Positions 16,834 to 25,228 of a stretch of 41,065 nt of DNA are shown in pieces; the stretch's first letter is position 1; each line of letters begins with the position of its first letter. The stretch is from a virus. Location: the IMG/VR virus record IMGVR_UViG_3300022555_000122, one strand, 5' to 3'. The notes below the pieces were generated by a model that saw only the letters and a list, made by a program, of their open reading frames with translations, searched no databases and was not told the origin of the DNA. The translations under genes and the position numbers were made by a program.

Positions 16834-16940
16834 AACAGCGGTATACTTTTCAACCTGATTTTTATGAAAAGCAATCAGCTGTTGTATTTGATCACAGATT
16901 CCCTGGTCGGATACATACAGCGTATCAGCTCCGGGATCAT

Positions 16941-17348
16941 CTACATCTGTAACTCCTTGAATACCTCGGTAAAATTCTCAGCAAAGAATTTCGACCATTC
17001 TGGTGTAGGAAAGCTAAGGCGAGAACCGGCACTCGAAACCGAATACTCGAAGTGGCAAAACGAATAGTCGAACCGGAAAAAGGGAGCCACGATAAAATAT
17101 GGCCACCATTTGTATTGATTAGTGTCATGACCATCGGCCGTTTTTTCTTCATAGCGCCAGGCAGCATTGGACATGAGTAGTACCTGGTTATGTGCTGTCC
17201 GGTACGGTGTGGTGTATCCATTCATTGCCTGGTCATAATCCTTGCAGGCTACTTCATCAGCCAGTTTATACACGTCCTCAATGGTTTTGATCGTTGAAAA
17301 ATCAAAAGCTTTTTTCTTTGAATTTTTTTCTTTCGCTGCTTTTTTCAT
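16941..17348 (-). CDS. Paralog 3 of an unknown family (135 aa)
   Basis: Shares the C-terminal module KWWPYFIVAPFFRF...SSAGSRLSFP with the two upstream genes. Confidence 0.7.
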   Translation of the reverse strand: MKKAAKEKNSKKKAFDFSTIKTIEDVYKLADEVACKDYDQAMNGYTTPYRTAHNQVLLMSNAAWRYEEKTADGHDTNQYKWWPYFIVAPFFRFDYSFCHFEYSVSSAGSRLSFPTPEWSKFFAENFTEVFKELQM

Positions 17349-17359
17349 GCTCTTAAGTT

Positions 17360-17770
17360 TTAGAATTGTAAATCTTTGAAAATTTCCATCAGGAACTTTT
17401 CCCCGAAGAAATCTGACATCGCTTCTAAAGGGAAGCTAAGGCGAGAACCGGCACCCGAAAGCGAATACACGAAGTGGTAATACGAATAGTAGAACCGGAA
17501 AACGGGAGCCATAACAAAGAACGGCCACCACTTTTTCTGATTGGTGTTATTACCATCAGGTTTTTCACCAACTAGTGCCCATGCAACACTTGATAGCATT
17601 CTTGCCTTGTTGTATGATACACGGTCCGGAGTCGTATACCCTGCCATGGCCTGATCGTAATCCTTACGAGTTTCTTCATCAGCCAATTCATACACTCGTT
17701 CAATGGTTTCGATTGTTTTAAAATCTACCACTGGATCTGTTCCTTGATTTTGTGTTGTTTGATTTTCCAT
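17360..17770 (-). CDS. Paralog 2 of an unknown family (136 aa)
   Basis: C-terminal module KKWWPFFVMAPVFRF...SGAGSRLSFPLEAMSDFFG. Confidence 0.7.
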   Translation of the reverse strand: MENQTTQNQGTDPVVDFKTIETIERVYELADEETRKDYDQAMAGYTTPDRVSYNKARMLSSVAWALVGEKPDGNNTNQKKWWPFFVMAPVFRFYYSYYHFVYSLSGAGSRLSFPLEAMSDFFGEKFLMEIFKDLQF

Positions 17771-17781
17771 GATTTTTGACT

Positions 17782-18258
17782 TTAGTTTTGTAAATCTTTG
17801 TAAATATCTATCAGCAGCTTTCCGAAGAAATCTGACATCTCTTCTAAGGGAAAGCTAAGGCGAGAACCGGCACCCGAAATCGAAAGCCCGTAGTCGCAAC
17901 CCGAAAGGCCGAACCGGAAAACGGGAGCCATGATAAACCGTGGCCAGTATTTCTTTTGACTTGAATCCTTCCAATCAACAGTTTTGCCTATAGATTCCCA
18001 GGCTACACTGGATACCAGTTTAATTTTCGCATTGGCTATCTCGTCGGGTGACCGGTCGCCTTGTATTGATCTGTAATAATCTGCTTGAGTTTTAAAGCTT
18101 GCTTCCTGGAGCAAGTCTTCAAAACCTGACACGCGATCGATCAACTTTCCGCTACACAGTTTATCACCGGCGGAGTCTTTTAAGATCTTCTGAAACCAGT
18201 CAGGAACTTTTGAAAAAAGTTTGCTGACATCTTTGTCTTCAATTTTTAGTGTTACCAT
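17782..18258 (-). CDS. Paralog 1 of an unknown family (158 aa)
   Basis: C-terminal module KKYWPRFIMAPVFRF...SGAGSRLSFPLEEMSDFFG. The N-terminus has diverged. Confidence 0.7.
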   Translation of the reverse strand: MVTLKIEDKDVSKLFSKVPDWFQKILKDSAGDKLCSGKLIDRVSGFEDLLQEASFKTQADYYRSIQGDRSPDEIANAKIKLVSSVAWESIGKTVDWKDSSQKKYWPRFIMAPVFRFGLSGCDYGLSISGAGSRLSFPLEEMSDFFGKLLIDIYKDLQN

Positions 18259-18320
18259 AATCTTGTTTTTTGGTTAAAAATTTTTGTTTTTAGATTCCTG
18301 TTATTTTCTGTTCCTATAGA

Positions 18321-18552
18321 CCAACGTTCCAAAATGAAGCCTACGGAACATATTATATTATTGATTTACAATAAATTGATGTTTTTTGCATCATTGTTAC
18401 CGTTGTTGGTACACTTTTTACGCTCCAACGGGCAAACCTTTCTTCGTGATGACCTGTCCAACGTGTTCCAACTAAAAAACAACATTCCAACAATCCTTTT
18501 CATACATAAAATATTGATTTATAGGATTTATTATATTTATGTTGGAACGTTG
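18321..18552. repeat. Iteron-like repeat cluster (candidate replication origin or regulatory region)
   Basis: The 11-mer CAACGTTCCAA (18322-18332) is exactly inverted at 18542-18552. Extra TCCAA(C) copies start at 18424, 18457, 18467, 18486 and, just outside this span, 18585. An AT-rich core lies between them. The cluster sits directly downstream of the primase-helicase gene. Confidence 0.45.
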
Positions 18553-18647
18553 ATTTGTTGATCACTACTTTAGAGCTAGGATTTTCCAAAATTTTCACCA
18601 CGTTTTATTCCTTTCCTGGAGAGTATTAAATCATGCAATAAAAAATC

Positions 18648-21600
18648 TCAAAAAGGAAGCTCACTCTCCAACGAGCCAACTTTTTGTTCATCATCACTCT
18701 TTGTCACTTCAGCTTCCAGAGTTGAATTTCCATTCAGCTCAAGATTTAATTGCGTAGCTGTATTCTTGAACTTCTCCAGGTCTACACCCATCTCCTGGAT
18801 CTTGACATAATCCAGGGCAATACAACTGGTATTGCGGCTGGCCGTCTCCAGGAACCGGCTCACTTTACCTGGTATGGAAGGATCCTCACGCCATTGTTCT
18901 ACCTCCCATTCAAAACGGTGGCTATGTACCTGGCCGATATAAGCCGGGTGATCCCTGAGATAATTTCTAAGCGTTCCCAGCTTCAGGCTTTCGGTTGTAT
19001 GAATGCTTTGATAAACCTGGATTACATCATTTATAATCAGCCAAAGAATCTTCTTGGTTTCACCATTCCAATGAACTCCTTCGGTTTTATCTCGCCCTAC
19101 CTGGATAGTGATTCCCTTTTCAATGCTAAGATCGAATTCTCGTCCGGAGATGATCTTACCTTGAGCATACAGCATGCTGATCGTATCGAAGAACACGCTC
19201 AGGCGGTTTGAAGAATCCATCTCGTCGCTCTGCCGGCAGATCTGCTTTTTGGCATCCTCGTAGAACTCCTCGAAGCTAAAAGGAAATGGGATCTCCTTGC
19301 AGTGATCCTCCCACAGCTTGGCCATGGCAATGAAAAGGCTGACGGTATTTACCATTCTCACGGTAAACGTTCCGCCCTCGCCATGAATATCCTGCTTTAC
19401 CTTCTTCTGCCATTCATGCAGGTATTTTGCAAAATGCTTCTGTATGATATCGCGCCGGCGAATGATCTCCAGGGCGATGTTAGATAAACCCATTTCCTCA
19501 CGTTTTTTAAGGTCATTGAATAAAGCAACTTCATCATCGGTCCAGTCGATCTTCTTGGGAACATTCTTAACCACCACCCTATTTTGAAGAGCACCGTCAT
19601 CCCTCTCTGGTTGCTCCTGGCCAAGAAGGACCGGGGCACAATTGACCACGCTGGTCTCGATATCCCGGGAGGTTGCATCCTTTCGTTTCTGCTTGCCTTC
19701 ATTATCATACACTGCAGCCTTTAAACCCTGGAACTTCTTATCCGATATCTGGTAATCGTTATATTCTTCGAAGACCATGGGGATATCGCAGAATCGCTCC
19801 ATGGCCGTAAAAAAAGCGGCGTCTGTACCTGAATTGAGATTAAATAGCGGGGCACCGAACATCCAGGGCGCCCGGATCGATTCCGCTATCCGGGATTTAC
19901 CCGACTCGGTAGGGCCGGTAAAGAACAAAGCTGTAAAGAAACGCTGTATAGGAAAGATGACCGACCGGTGGGCGGCCAGTACAGTAAACAATAATGCCCA
20001 CATGCCATTGCCGTTATACTGGTAAACCTTGTGCATCAGATCGCACCAGGTTGACCATGTTGTTTCTTGCTCAGGTTTGTAGACAAGGAAACGGTCGTAT
20101 GAATATTTGTCATCTGACCCGGTGCGATCACGATATATACGGCTAAAGGCAGGAGAATAGAATGTTTCACTTTTGAACTTGACAAGACCAAGATCATCAA
20201 CTGAGGTGAACTGGCCATCGGTGACGATCCCGTTACTGAAGGCGAAGAATCCTTTTGTCTGCCATCCAAATATTGATATCTCCCGGCATTTAGGAAATCC
20301 AAGGGCAATACTCTCCTGGATCTTGTCATAGTGATATTGCTTTGCCCCGGCCAGAAGATATGGTCCCAGGTTCCACAACGTTTTTTTGAACGATGGGAGA
20401 TCCGACATATCGGCGCTCTTCAGCTCCACATATTCTTCCTTGTTAAGCTCTGAGTGAAATAACTTGATCACTCTCTTATTTCGAAGAGAATCATCATCCA
20501 CGACATGAAACAAAGGTTCCATGAAGAAATTACCGATTTTAACCAGCACATTTTCCAGAGTCCGGAACACGTAGAATATCTTATGGCCGGTCTTATTCTG
20601 AGCGGCAAAGAATCCATAGCGCTGGTAAAACTCCTGGTCTATGTAATCCGGTAGGTGCTGCACATCGAATACATACTGGTAATCATCGATCACCAGGTTC
20701 TCCTGAGCCTGCGCTGCCAGATTCTTGCGCTTATCGGTAAATGGTTTAAGTACCTTAGTAAATGCGGCAGCTGTCAGTCCAAATGCCTTTGCAATCTCAC
20801 CAGTCTTAATATGAATGATCGTATTGTCCAGCTTCGAAAGAAATTCCGCCACGATCTCCACATACTTCTTTGATCGCTTGGTATCGGGATGTGATCTCAA
20901 ATGCCCGGTAAGCAAGTTTACATAGAGATCAAGGAAGTCATAGATTTCTTCAACATCTCTTAAACACACGTGTACTTCTACCTGGCAACCTCCTTCAGTC
21001 AGCAGTCTCCCGATGGTGGCCAGTGGATCTTCCTGATCATTATCATCCATCGCCTTTTTCATCCCTTCGATGATCACTTTGCGCGTGATCGCGATAAGTT
21101 TGCCGATATCCGTCCGCTGGAGGATCCCCTCAGGAAGGCTGATCACATTCTCTTCATTATTCATGTGCCGTCCCACAACGTCAGACGGGTCCTTGATAAT
21201 AATAACCTGATTCTTTTCCTTGATTGCCTCTATCGCATTATCAAATCCATAGAATCCCTTCTCATGCAATTCTACCTTGGGAAGTTGCTTTTTAACCTGT
21301 TCAGTTAACTGATCAAGGTTAAGCTCGAGCTTCTTGGATATCTCCTGGAGCAGGACCATCCGGGTTGTTTCATCCGGAATCTGAGAAATCTGCTGCAGCA
21401 GATCCTTCACGATCTTTGCTTTATGCAAAGGATTCTCCTTGATTTCTTCCTGTGCAAGTTCAAGGCGAAAAGTAACAATGTCCTTTTTGTTTTTCTCCAG
21501 GAATAATTTCATGTCGATCGCTCCGACTCGTCGGACCATCGAATCAGGATCATCCCCTTCAGGAAGCGACACAATGTAAACATCCATTCCCTGCTGAAGG

Positions 21601-22562
21601 GGAATGATGATGTTTTTTACAGCAGCCTTCACCCCGGCCGGATCCAGGTCATAGACAAACGTGATACAATTGGTAAATGAGCGTATCATCCGCACCTGGT
21701 CTTCCGACAAGGCGGTACCCGATCCGGCCACCGCATTTTTGATCCCGGCCAAATGAAGCGATATCACGTCAGTTTGACCTTCCATGAATAGGCAATTGTT
21801 CTCCTGGATGATCGTCTTTTTAGCCTGGTACAATCCGTACAGGAACTTGCTTTTCTTAAAAACATCGGTCTCCGGACTGTTGACATACTTTGGTTTATCC
21901 TTCTCTTTAGTCAGTATGCGTCCGGTAAAACCGATAATTCTACCGGTCTTATCATGGAACGGGAACATGAGGCGCTTAAAGAAAGAATCGAAGTGGTGGC
22001 CATCTTCAGCCTTGCGGATCAGGCCGGCATGAAGAAGTAAGTCATGACTGTAACCAGCTTCACCTGCAGCTATCATCAGGGAATTTCCAATGCTGGCATA
22101 ACCAAGATCGAATTCCGATATCGCCCGGGATAATTGCCTACCTTCAATATAGGCAAGAGCTTGCTTTTCTTTCTGGAGGTTTTCAGCGAAATGTTTCTGG
22201 GCCCATTTGAGAACCGAATAGATGCTATCGCGAAGTTTGTCAGCATCAGATATCTCTGCTGACTTTTCATCTTCCTGGACAGCGACATTGTATTTCTTGG
22301 CAATGTACCGCAAAGCTTCCGGGTAAGTCATTCCCTCGCTTTTGATCAAAAAACCTATCCCATCGCCACTCTCTCCGCACCCAAAACACTTGTAAGAATT
22401 CCTAACCGTGTTTACGATAAAACTGCCAGTTTTCTCATTATGGAACGGGCAACAGCCAACGTAGTTGACACCTTTTTTTGTAAGAGATACAAATTCACCA
22501 ATGATATCAGCAATCTGAATAGAATCTTTAATGGCCTGTATTGAATCCTGGGAAATTGACAT
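18648..22562 (-). CDS. DnaG-type primase / P-loop (SF3/D5-like) helicase fusion, 1,304 aa from ATG 22562
   Basis: CHC2 zinc finger CCPFHNEKTGSF...CFGCGESGD. TOPRIM motifs FMEGQTDVISL and YDLDPAG. C-terminal Walker A FFTGPTESGKSRI. The start MSISQDSIQAIKDSIQIADIIGEF matches the usual DnaG N-terminus. Confidence 0.85.
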   Translation of the reverse strand: MSISQDSIQAIKDSIQIADIIGEFVSLTKKGVNYVGCCPFHNEKTGSFIVNTVRNSYKCFGCGESGDGIGFLIKSEGMTYPEALRYIAKKYNVAVQEDEKSAEISDADKLRDSIYSVLKWAQKHFAENLQKEKQALAYIEGRQLSRAISEFDLGYASIGNSLMIAAGEAGYSHDLLLHAGLIRKAEDGHHFDSFFKRLMFPFHDKTGRIIGFTGRILTKEKDKPKYVNSPETDVFKKSKFLYGLYQAKKTIIQENNCLFMEGQTDVISLHLAGIKNAVAGSGTALSEDQVRMIRSFTNCITFVYDLDPAGVKAAVKNIIIPLQQGMDVYIVSLPEGDDPDSMVRRVGAIDMKLFLEKNKKDIVTFRLELAQEEIKENPLHKAKIVKDLLQQISQIPDETTRMVLLQEISKKLELNLDQLTEQVKKQLPKVELHEKGFYGFDNAIEAIKEKNQVIIIKDPSDVVGRHMNNEENVISLPEGILQRTDIGKLIAITRKVIIEGMKKAMDDNDQEDPLATIGRLLTEGGCQVEVHVCLRDVEEIYDFLDLYVNLLTGHLRSHPDTKRSKKYVEIVAEFLSKLDNTIIHIKTGEIAKAFGLTAAAFTKVLKPFTDKRKNLAAQAQENLVIDDYQYVFDVQHLPDYIDQEFYQRYGFFAAQNKTGHKIFYVFRTLENVLVKIGNFFMEPLFHVVDDDSLRNKRVIKLFHSELNKEEYVELKSADMSDLPSFKKTLWNLGPYLLAGAKQYHYDKIQESIALGFPKCREISIFGWQTKGFFAFSNGIVTDGQFTSVDDLGLVKFKSETFYSPAFSRIYRDRTGSDDKYSYDRFLVYKPEQETTWSTWCDLMHKVYQYNGNGMWALLFTVLAAHRSVIFPIQRFFTALFFTGPTESGKSRIAESIRAPWMFGAPLFNLNSGTDAAFFTAMERFCDIPMVFEEYNDYQISDKKFQGLKAAVYDNEGKQKRKDATSRDIETSVVNCAPVLLGQEQPERDDGALQNRVVVKNVPKKIDWTDDEVALFNDLKKREEMGLSNIALEIIRRRDIIQKHFAKYLHEWQKKVKQDIHGEGGTFTVRMVNTVSLFIAMAKLWEDHCKEIPFPFSFEEFYEDAKKQICRQSDEMDSSNRLSVFFDTISMLYAQGKIISGREFDLSIEKGITIQVGRDKTEGVHWNGETKKILWLIINDVIQVYQSIHTTESLKLGTLRNYLRDHPAYIGQVHSHRFEWEVEQWREDPSIPGKVSRFLETASRNTSCIALDYVKIQEMGVDLEKFKNTATQLNLELNGNSTLEAEVTKSDDEQKVGSLESELPF

Positions 22563-22812
22563 CGAATTATCGCTGAGAATGAATGATTGAATTAAGGCCC
22601 CCGTAAAGGGGGACCGTCTTTCCGGTCTGCCAGGCTTTCTAATTGTCACACATCCTGTTTATCTCCTCTTTATTGTCGGATGTATGGAATTGGATCTTAC
22701 GATGCAGCTTCACGATTCTGATACCATCGGTTACCATCCCATTGGTACGCATCCGGGTTCCCTGCACTCACCCCGGCCGTATCCCGCCAGATCCAATTCT
22801 GTTCTCGCGTGA

Positions 22813-23250
22813 TCAGGGTTTGCTTTTATTCTTTATTGCTTTTATTGGCGCCACCTTCCCGGATGGAAGGATGGCGCTGTGTTTTTCCGGATGATTGATA
22901 TCATCCGGATCCAGCTGTTTGGATTCCAGAAGATCGATCAGGTACGCTGCCCGGGATTCCACTTCCGATTGAAACGAATGAAGCTTCTGATCTGAAAGCT
23001 CAACCTGCCATACTCCATTGGGCATTTTTTGGCATAAGAGTGCCTGGAAGAATCCCCAGGGAATCATTTCTCCGAGTTCACCAATGGAATAGGCCGGTAT
23101 TGAGGGAATGCCAATCTGAGTTTTACTTTGTGGAATAAGATAATACCGGGTGCCCAGTTTTTTCCAGTAGTAATTTGCCTTGAGCCGAACACCGGCCGAT
23201 TTCATACGAAAAGAAGTCTGAGGACCTACGTAGTTGAGTAAATTGTTCAT
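22813..23250 (-). CDS. Hypothetical protein, 145 aa
   Basis: ORF in the early operon. No motif recognised. Confidence 0.55.
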   Translation of the reverse strand: MNNLLNYVGPQTSFRMKSAGVRLKANYYWKKLGTRYYLIPQSKTQIGIPSIPAYSIGELGEMIPWGFFQALLCQKMPNGVWQVELSDQKLHSFQSEVESRAAYLIDLLESKQLDPDDINHPEKHSAILPSGKVAPIKAIKNKSKP

Positions 23251-23255
23251 ACAGT

Positions 23256-23732
23256 TTAGTTAGTGGGTTTTGGTTTAGATAATTTGGGCAAATTAGAGAT
23301 GGCAAAGTCCAGTATGCACTTTAGTTTATCCTGGCTGGATGAGTATGACGAGTTGGATTGACATGGCATAACATTATTCAGATCCTTCTGAAGAACCAGA
23401 AGGTAGCTGCAGATCTGAGGGAGAGTTATCCCCTGGAAGTAATGATTGGCTTTTATTAACCGGTCCATGGATGCAAGTTTGACAGGAATCTGATAAAACT
23501 CCTTGCTTCCATTTTCCATCAGGATCCGGGAATGATTGACATATTTATCAAAAATGACCAGAATGAAATCGCGTTTGATTTCAGCCAGGAATTTTGATGC
23601 CTGGTCCCGGTTCTCGTAACCGCGGGCTTCCGTTTTCTCGCCATTACCGATATCAAATTTTACCTGCAGATCCACGGCACCTGTAACCTGGTCAACTCTG
23701 GCATGCACCAGTTCAAACATTGGACTACTCAT
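23256..23732 (-). CDS. Hypothetical protein, 158 aa from ATG 23732
   Basis: The internal ATG (MSSPMFELV) overlaps the upstream stop by 8 nt. The track start at 23759 overlaps by 35 nt. Confidence 0.55.
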   Translation of the reverse strand: MSSPMFELVHARVDQVTGAVDLQVKFDIGNGEKTEARGYENRDQASKFLAEIKRDFILVIFDKYVNHSRILMENGSKEFYQIPVKLASMDRLIKANHYFQGITLPQICSYLLVLQKDLNNVMPCQSNSSYSSSQDKLKCILDFAISNLPKLSKPKPTN

Positions 23733-24000
23733 GGTTTTCCTTTTTAAGTTGGTTATCAATCTCTGAAATCAGTTCTTTCAAAACAGCAATCTCAAAATCT
23801 GGATTTTTAGGCACAAGCTTCATAACTTTACAATGATGAAGCAACTCTGATCCGATTGGCTGTTCCTGACCGAAAACCACAATTTCACAATCAACCATAG
23901 AGCTAACTATTTTGTTGTACTCAAGTATTCCAATGTAGGATTGATATGCTTTACGTGTGAGTTCAAGTATCGGAACGGACATTTGGGAGAAGGTGCTCAT
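23725..24000 (-). CDS. Hypothetical protein, 91 aa
   Basis: ORF with a 4-nt overlap with the upstream gene. Confidence 0.5.
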   Translation of the reverse strand: MSTFSQMSVPILELTRKAYQSYIGILEYNKIVSSMVDCEIVVFGQEQPIGSELLHHCKVMKLVPKNPDFEIAVLKELISEIDNQLKKENHE

Positions 24001-24260
24001 GGTTGATCGGTTTCGGTTTGATGTTCAGCATGGATAAGCTTTAGCTTGCGGCTCATTTTGGTGAGTTTACGTGCCCTGTCTATTTGGTCAACTGTCAAGG
24101 CAAAGCAAGAAGTAGGGGATCTGCTATTTTGTTCGGGAGCAGGTGCACCTTCTTCTGTTACGGGAGATGTCAAACCTTTTACATCAGAAAGAGTGCTGCC
24201 GAAAAGCTCAAGTTGACATGGATCCGGAGCTGCCGGACACTGAGGGATCAGATCTTCCAT
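23997..24260 (-). CDS. Hypothetical protein, 87 aa, Pro/Ser/Glu-rich
   Basis: The ORF starts 2 nt after the stop of the LuxR-type gene. Confidence 0.45.
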   Translation of the reverse strand: MEDLIPQCPAAPDPCQLELFGSTLSDVKGLTSPVTEEGAPAPEQNSRSPTSCFALTVDQIDRARKLTKMSRKLKLIHAEHQTETDQP

Positions 24261-24261
24261 G

Positions 24262-24813
24262 TCAGAATAGATATTGTGCTGCGAATGCGGCTATTCCACT
24301 TTTGGAATGGCACCCTATTTTTTGTTGCAGTTGCGTACACTGACGATCAACCGTATGCTTGCTACGGTGCCGGAGCTCAGCAATGAGTTTATTGGGAAGA
24401 TCCCGGGCAATGAGTTTTGCTATTTCAGCATCATTGCGCGTTAGCTTCCCATTGCGTACATCCGGAAGTTTGCAAATAAACCCATCAGATGGACATGGCC
24501 GCTGGCCGCAATCCCAATACTCAGGTTTGCTAACGCCGCCAAAGGTGATATCCGGCACCAGGTCAAGATCCCCATACCGGCAGAAGGCATACTTCTCAAT
24601 TTGTTTTAAAGGATCAACGATGCCAAGTAGCTCCAATCCTTCAGCCACTTTGGGATCTGCATCAATTTCTTCACGCAGTTTGCAGGCAATCTTCTGAGTG
24701 ATCTCAGAAAAAAGGAAGATTTCCTTGCCCTGCATAAACATTACCTCACCATTCATCACGAAAAATTCTACTTTATCATCAGCCAGTCCGGCCGGAACAT
24801 AATGTGAGTCCAT
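24262..24813 (-). CDS. Transcriptional regulator with a C-terminal LuxR/GerE-type HTH, 183 aa
   Basis: The C-terminus LTRNDAEIAKLIARDLPNKLIAELRHRSKHTVDRQCTQLQQKIGCHSKSGIAAFAAQY fits the LuxR-type HTH pattern (LT..E...L.A.....K.IA..L..S..TV......I..K.G). Confidence 0.65.
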   Translation of the reverse strand: MDSHYVPAGLADDKVEFFVMNGEVMFMQGKEIFLFSEITQKIACKLREEIDADPKVAEGLELLGIVDPLKQIEKYAFCRYGDLDLVPDITFGGVSKPEYWDCGQRPCPSDGFICKLPDVRNGKLTRNDAEIAKLIARDLPNKLIAELRHRSKHTVDRQCTQLQQKIGCHSKSGIAAFAAQYLF

Positions 24814-24834
24814 GATATTGATTTTTGGTTAGTA

Positions 24835-25074
24835 TTAGGATTTTACCAATTGTTTGGCACGCTGTTTTTGCTGCAGGAGTTTTGATTTTGTTTCTTCAGC
24901 CAGGATGAAAGCCTCGGTGATAATATCTTCATTGAATTTATCTCCCCTAAGCACTGAATAGCAGTAATTAGTATGAACGATTACCTTCTTATTCGCAAGT
25001 CTTTTACTAATGATACTCCCATATCCAATAGGAAGAGCATTCTTTAATATCTCAAGTGATTTCTTATCTATCAT
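24835..25074 (-). CDS. First early-leftward gene, 79 aa (cro-like by position only)
   Basis: Transcribed divergently from the XRE repressor gene across a 154-bp switch region. No HTH recognised with confidence. Confidence 0.45.
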   Translation of the reverse strand: MIDKKSLEILKNALPIGYGSIISKRLANKKVIVHTNYCYSVLRGDKFNEDIITEAFILAEETKSKLLQQKQRAKQLVKS

Positions 25075-25190
25075 ACTTATTTATTGGTATTTTATCGGGT
25101 TTCTAAAAGGTTTATATTTGTATAATAATAGTTTTCAAATGTAAAGTATTTTTTCCATCAATGTCAAGATAATTTTCCCTTAAACCAAAA

Positions 25191-25207
25191 TTTAGAATGT
25201 TTCTAAA
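25191..25207. promoter_or_regulatory. 17-bp palindromic operator candidate TTTAGAAtgtTTCTAAA
   Basis: Perfect 7-bp arms with a 3-bp spacer, 22 nt upstream of the repressor ATG. A TTTCTAAA half-site recurs at 25100-25107. Confidence 0.5.
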
Positions 25208-25228
25208 TGATAAATTAATACCAAGTCT

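Noticed and set aside
18334-18561. Plus-strand ORF of 75 aa within the iteron region
   Set aside because: It lies on the opposite strand in an AT-rich repeat region. Its Ile/Leu/Phe-rich composition is typical of random AT-rich ORFs. The repeats explain the sequence better.
22563-22649. N-terminal 29-aa extension of the primase ORF from GTG 22649
   Set aside because: The extension (MTIRKPGRPERRSPFTGAL...) runs through a GC hairpin. The sequence from ATG 22562 (MSISQDSIQAIKDSIQIADIIGEF) reproduces the usual DnaG N-terminus immediately preceding the zinc finger.
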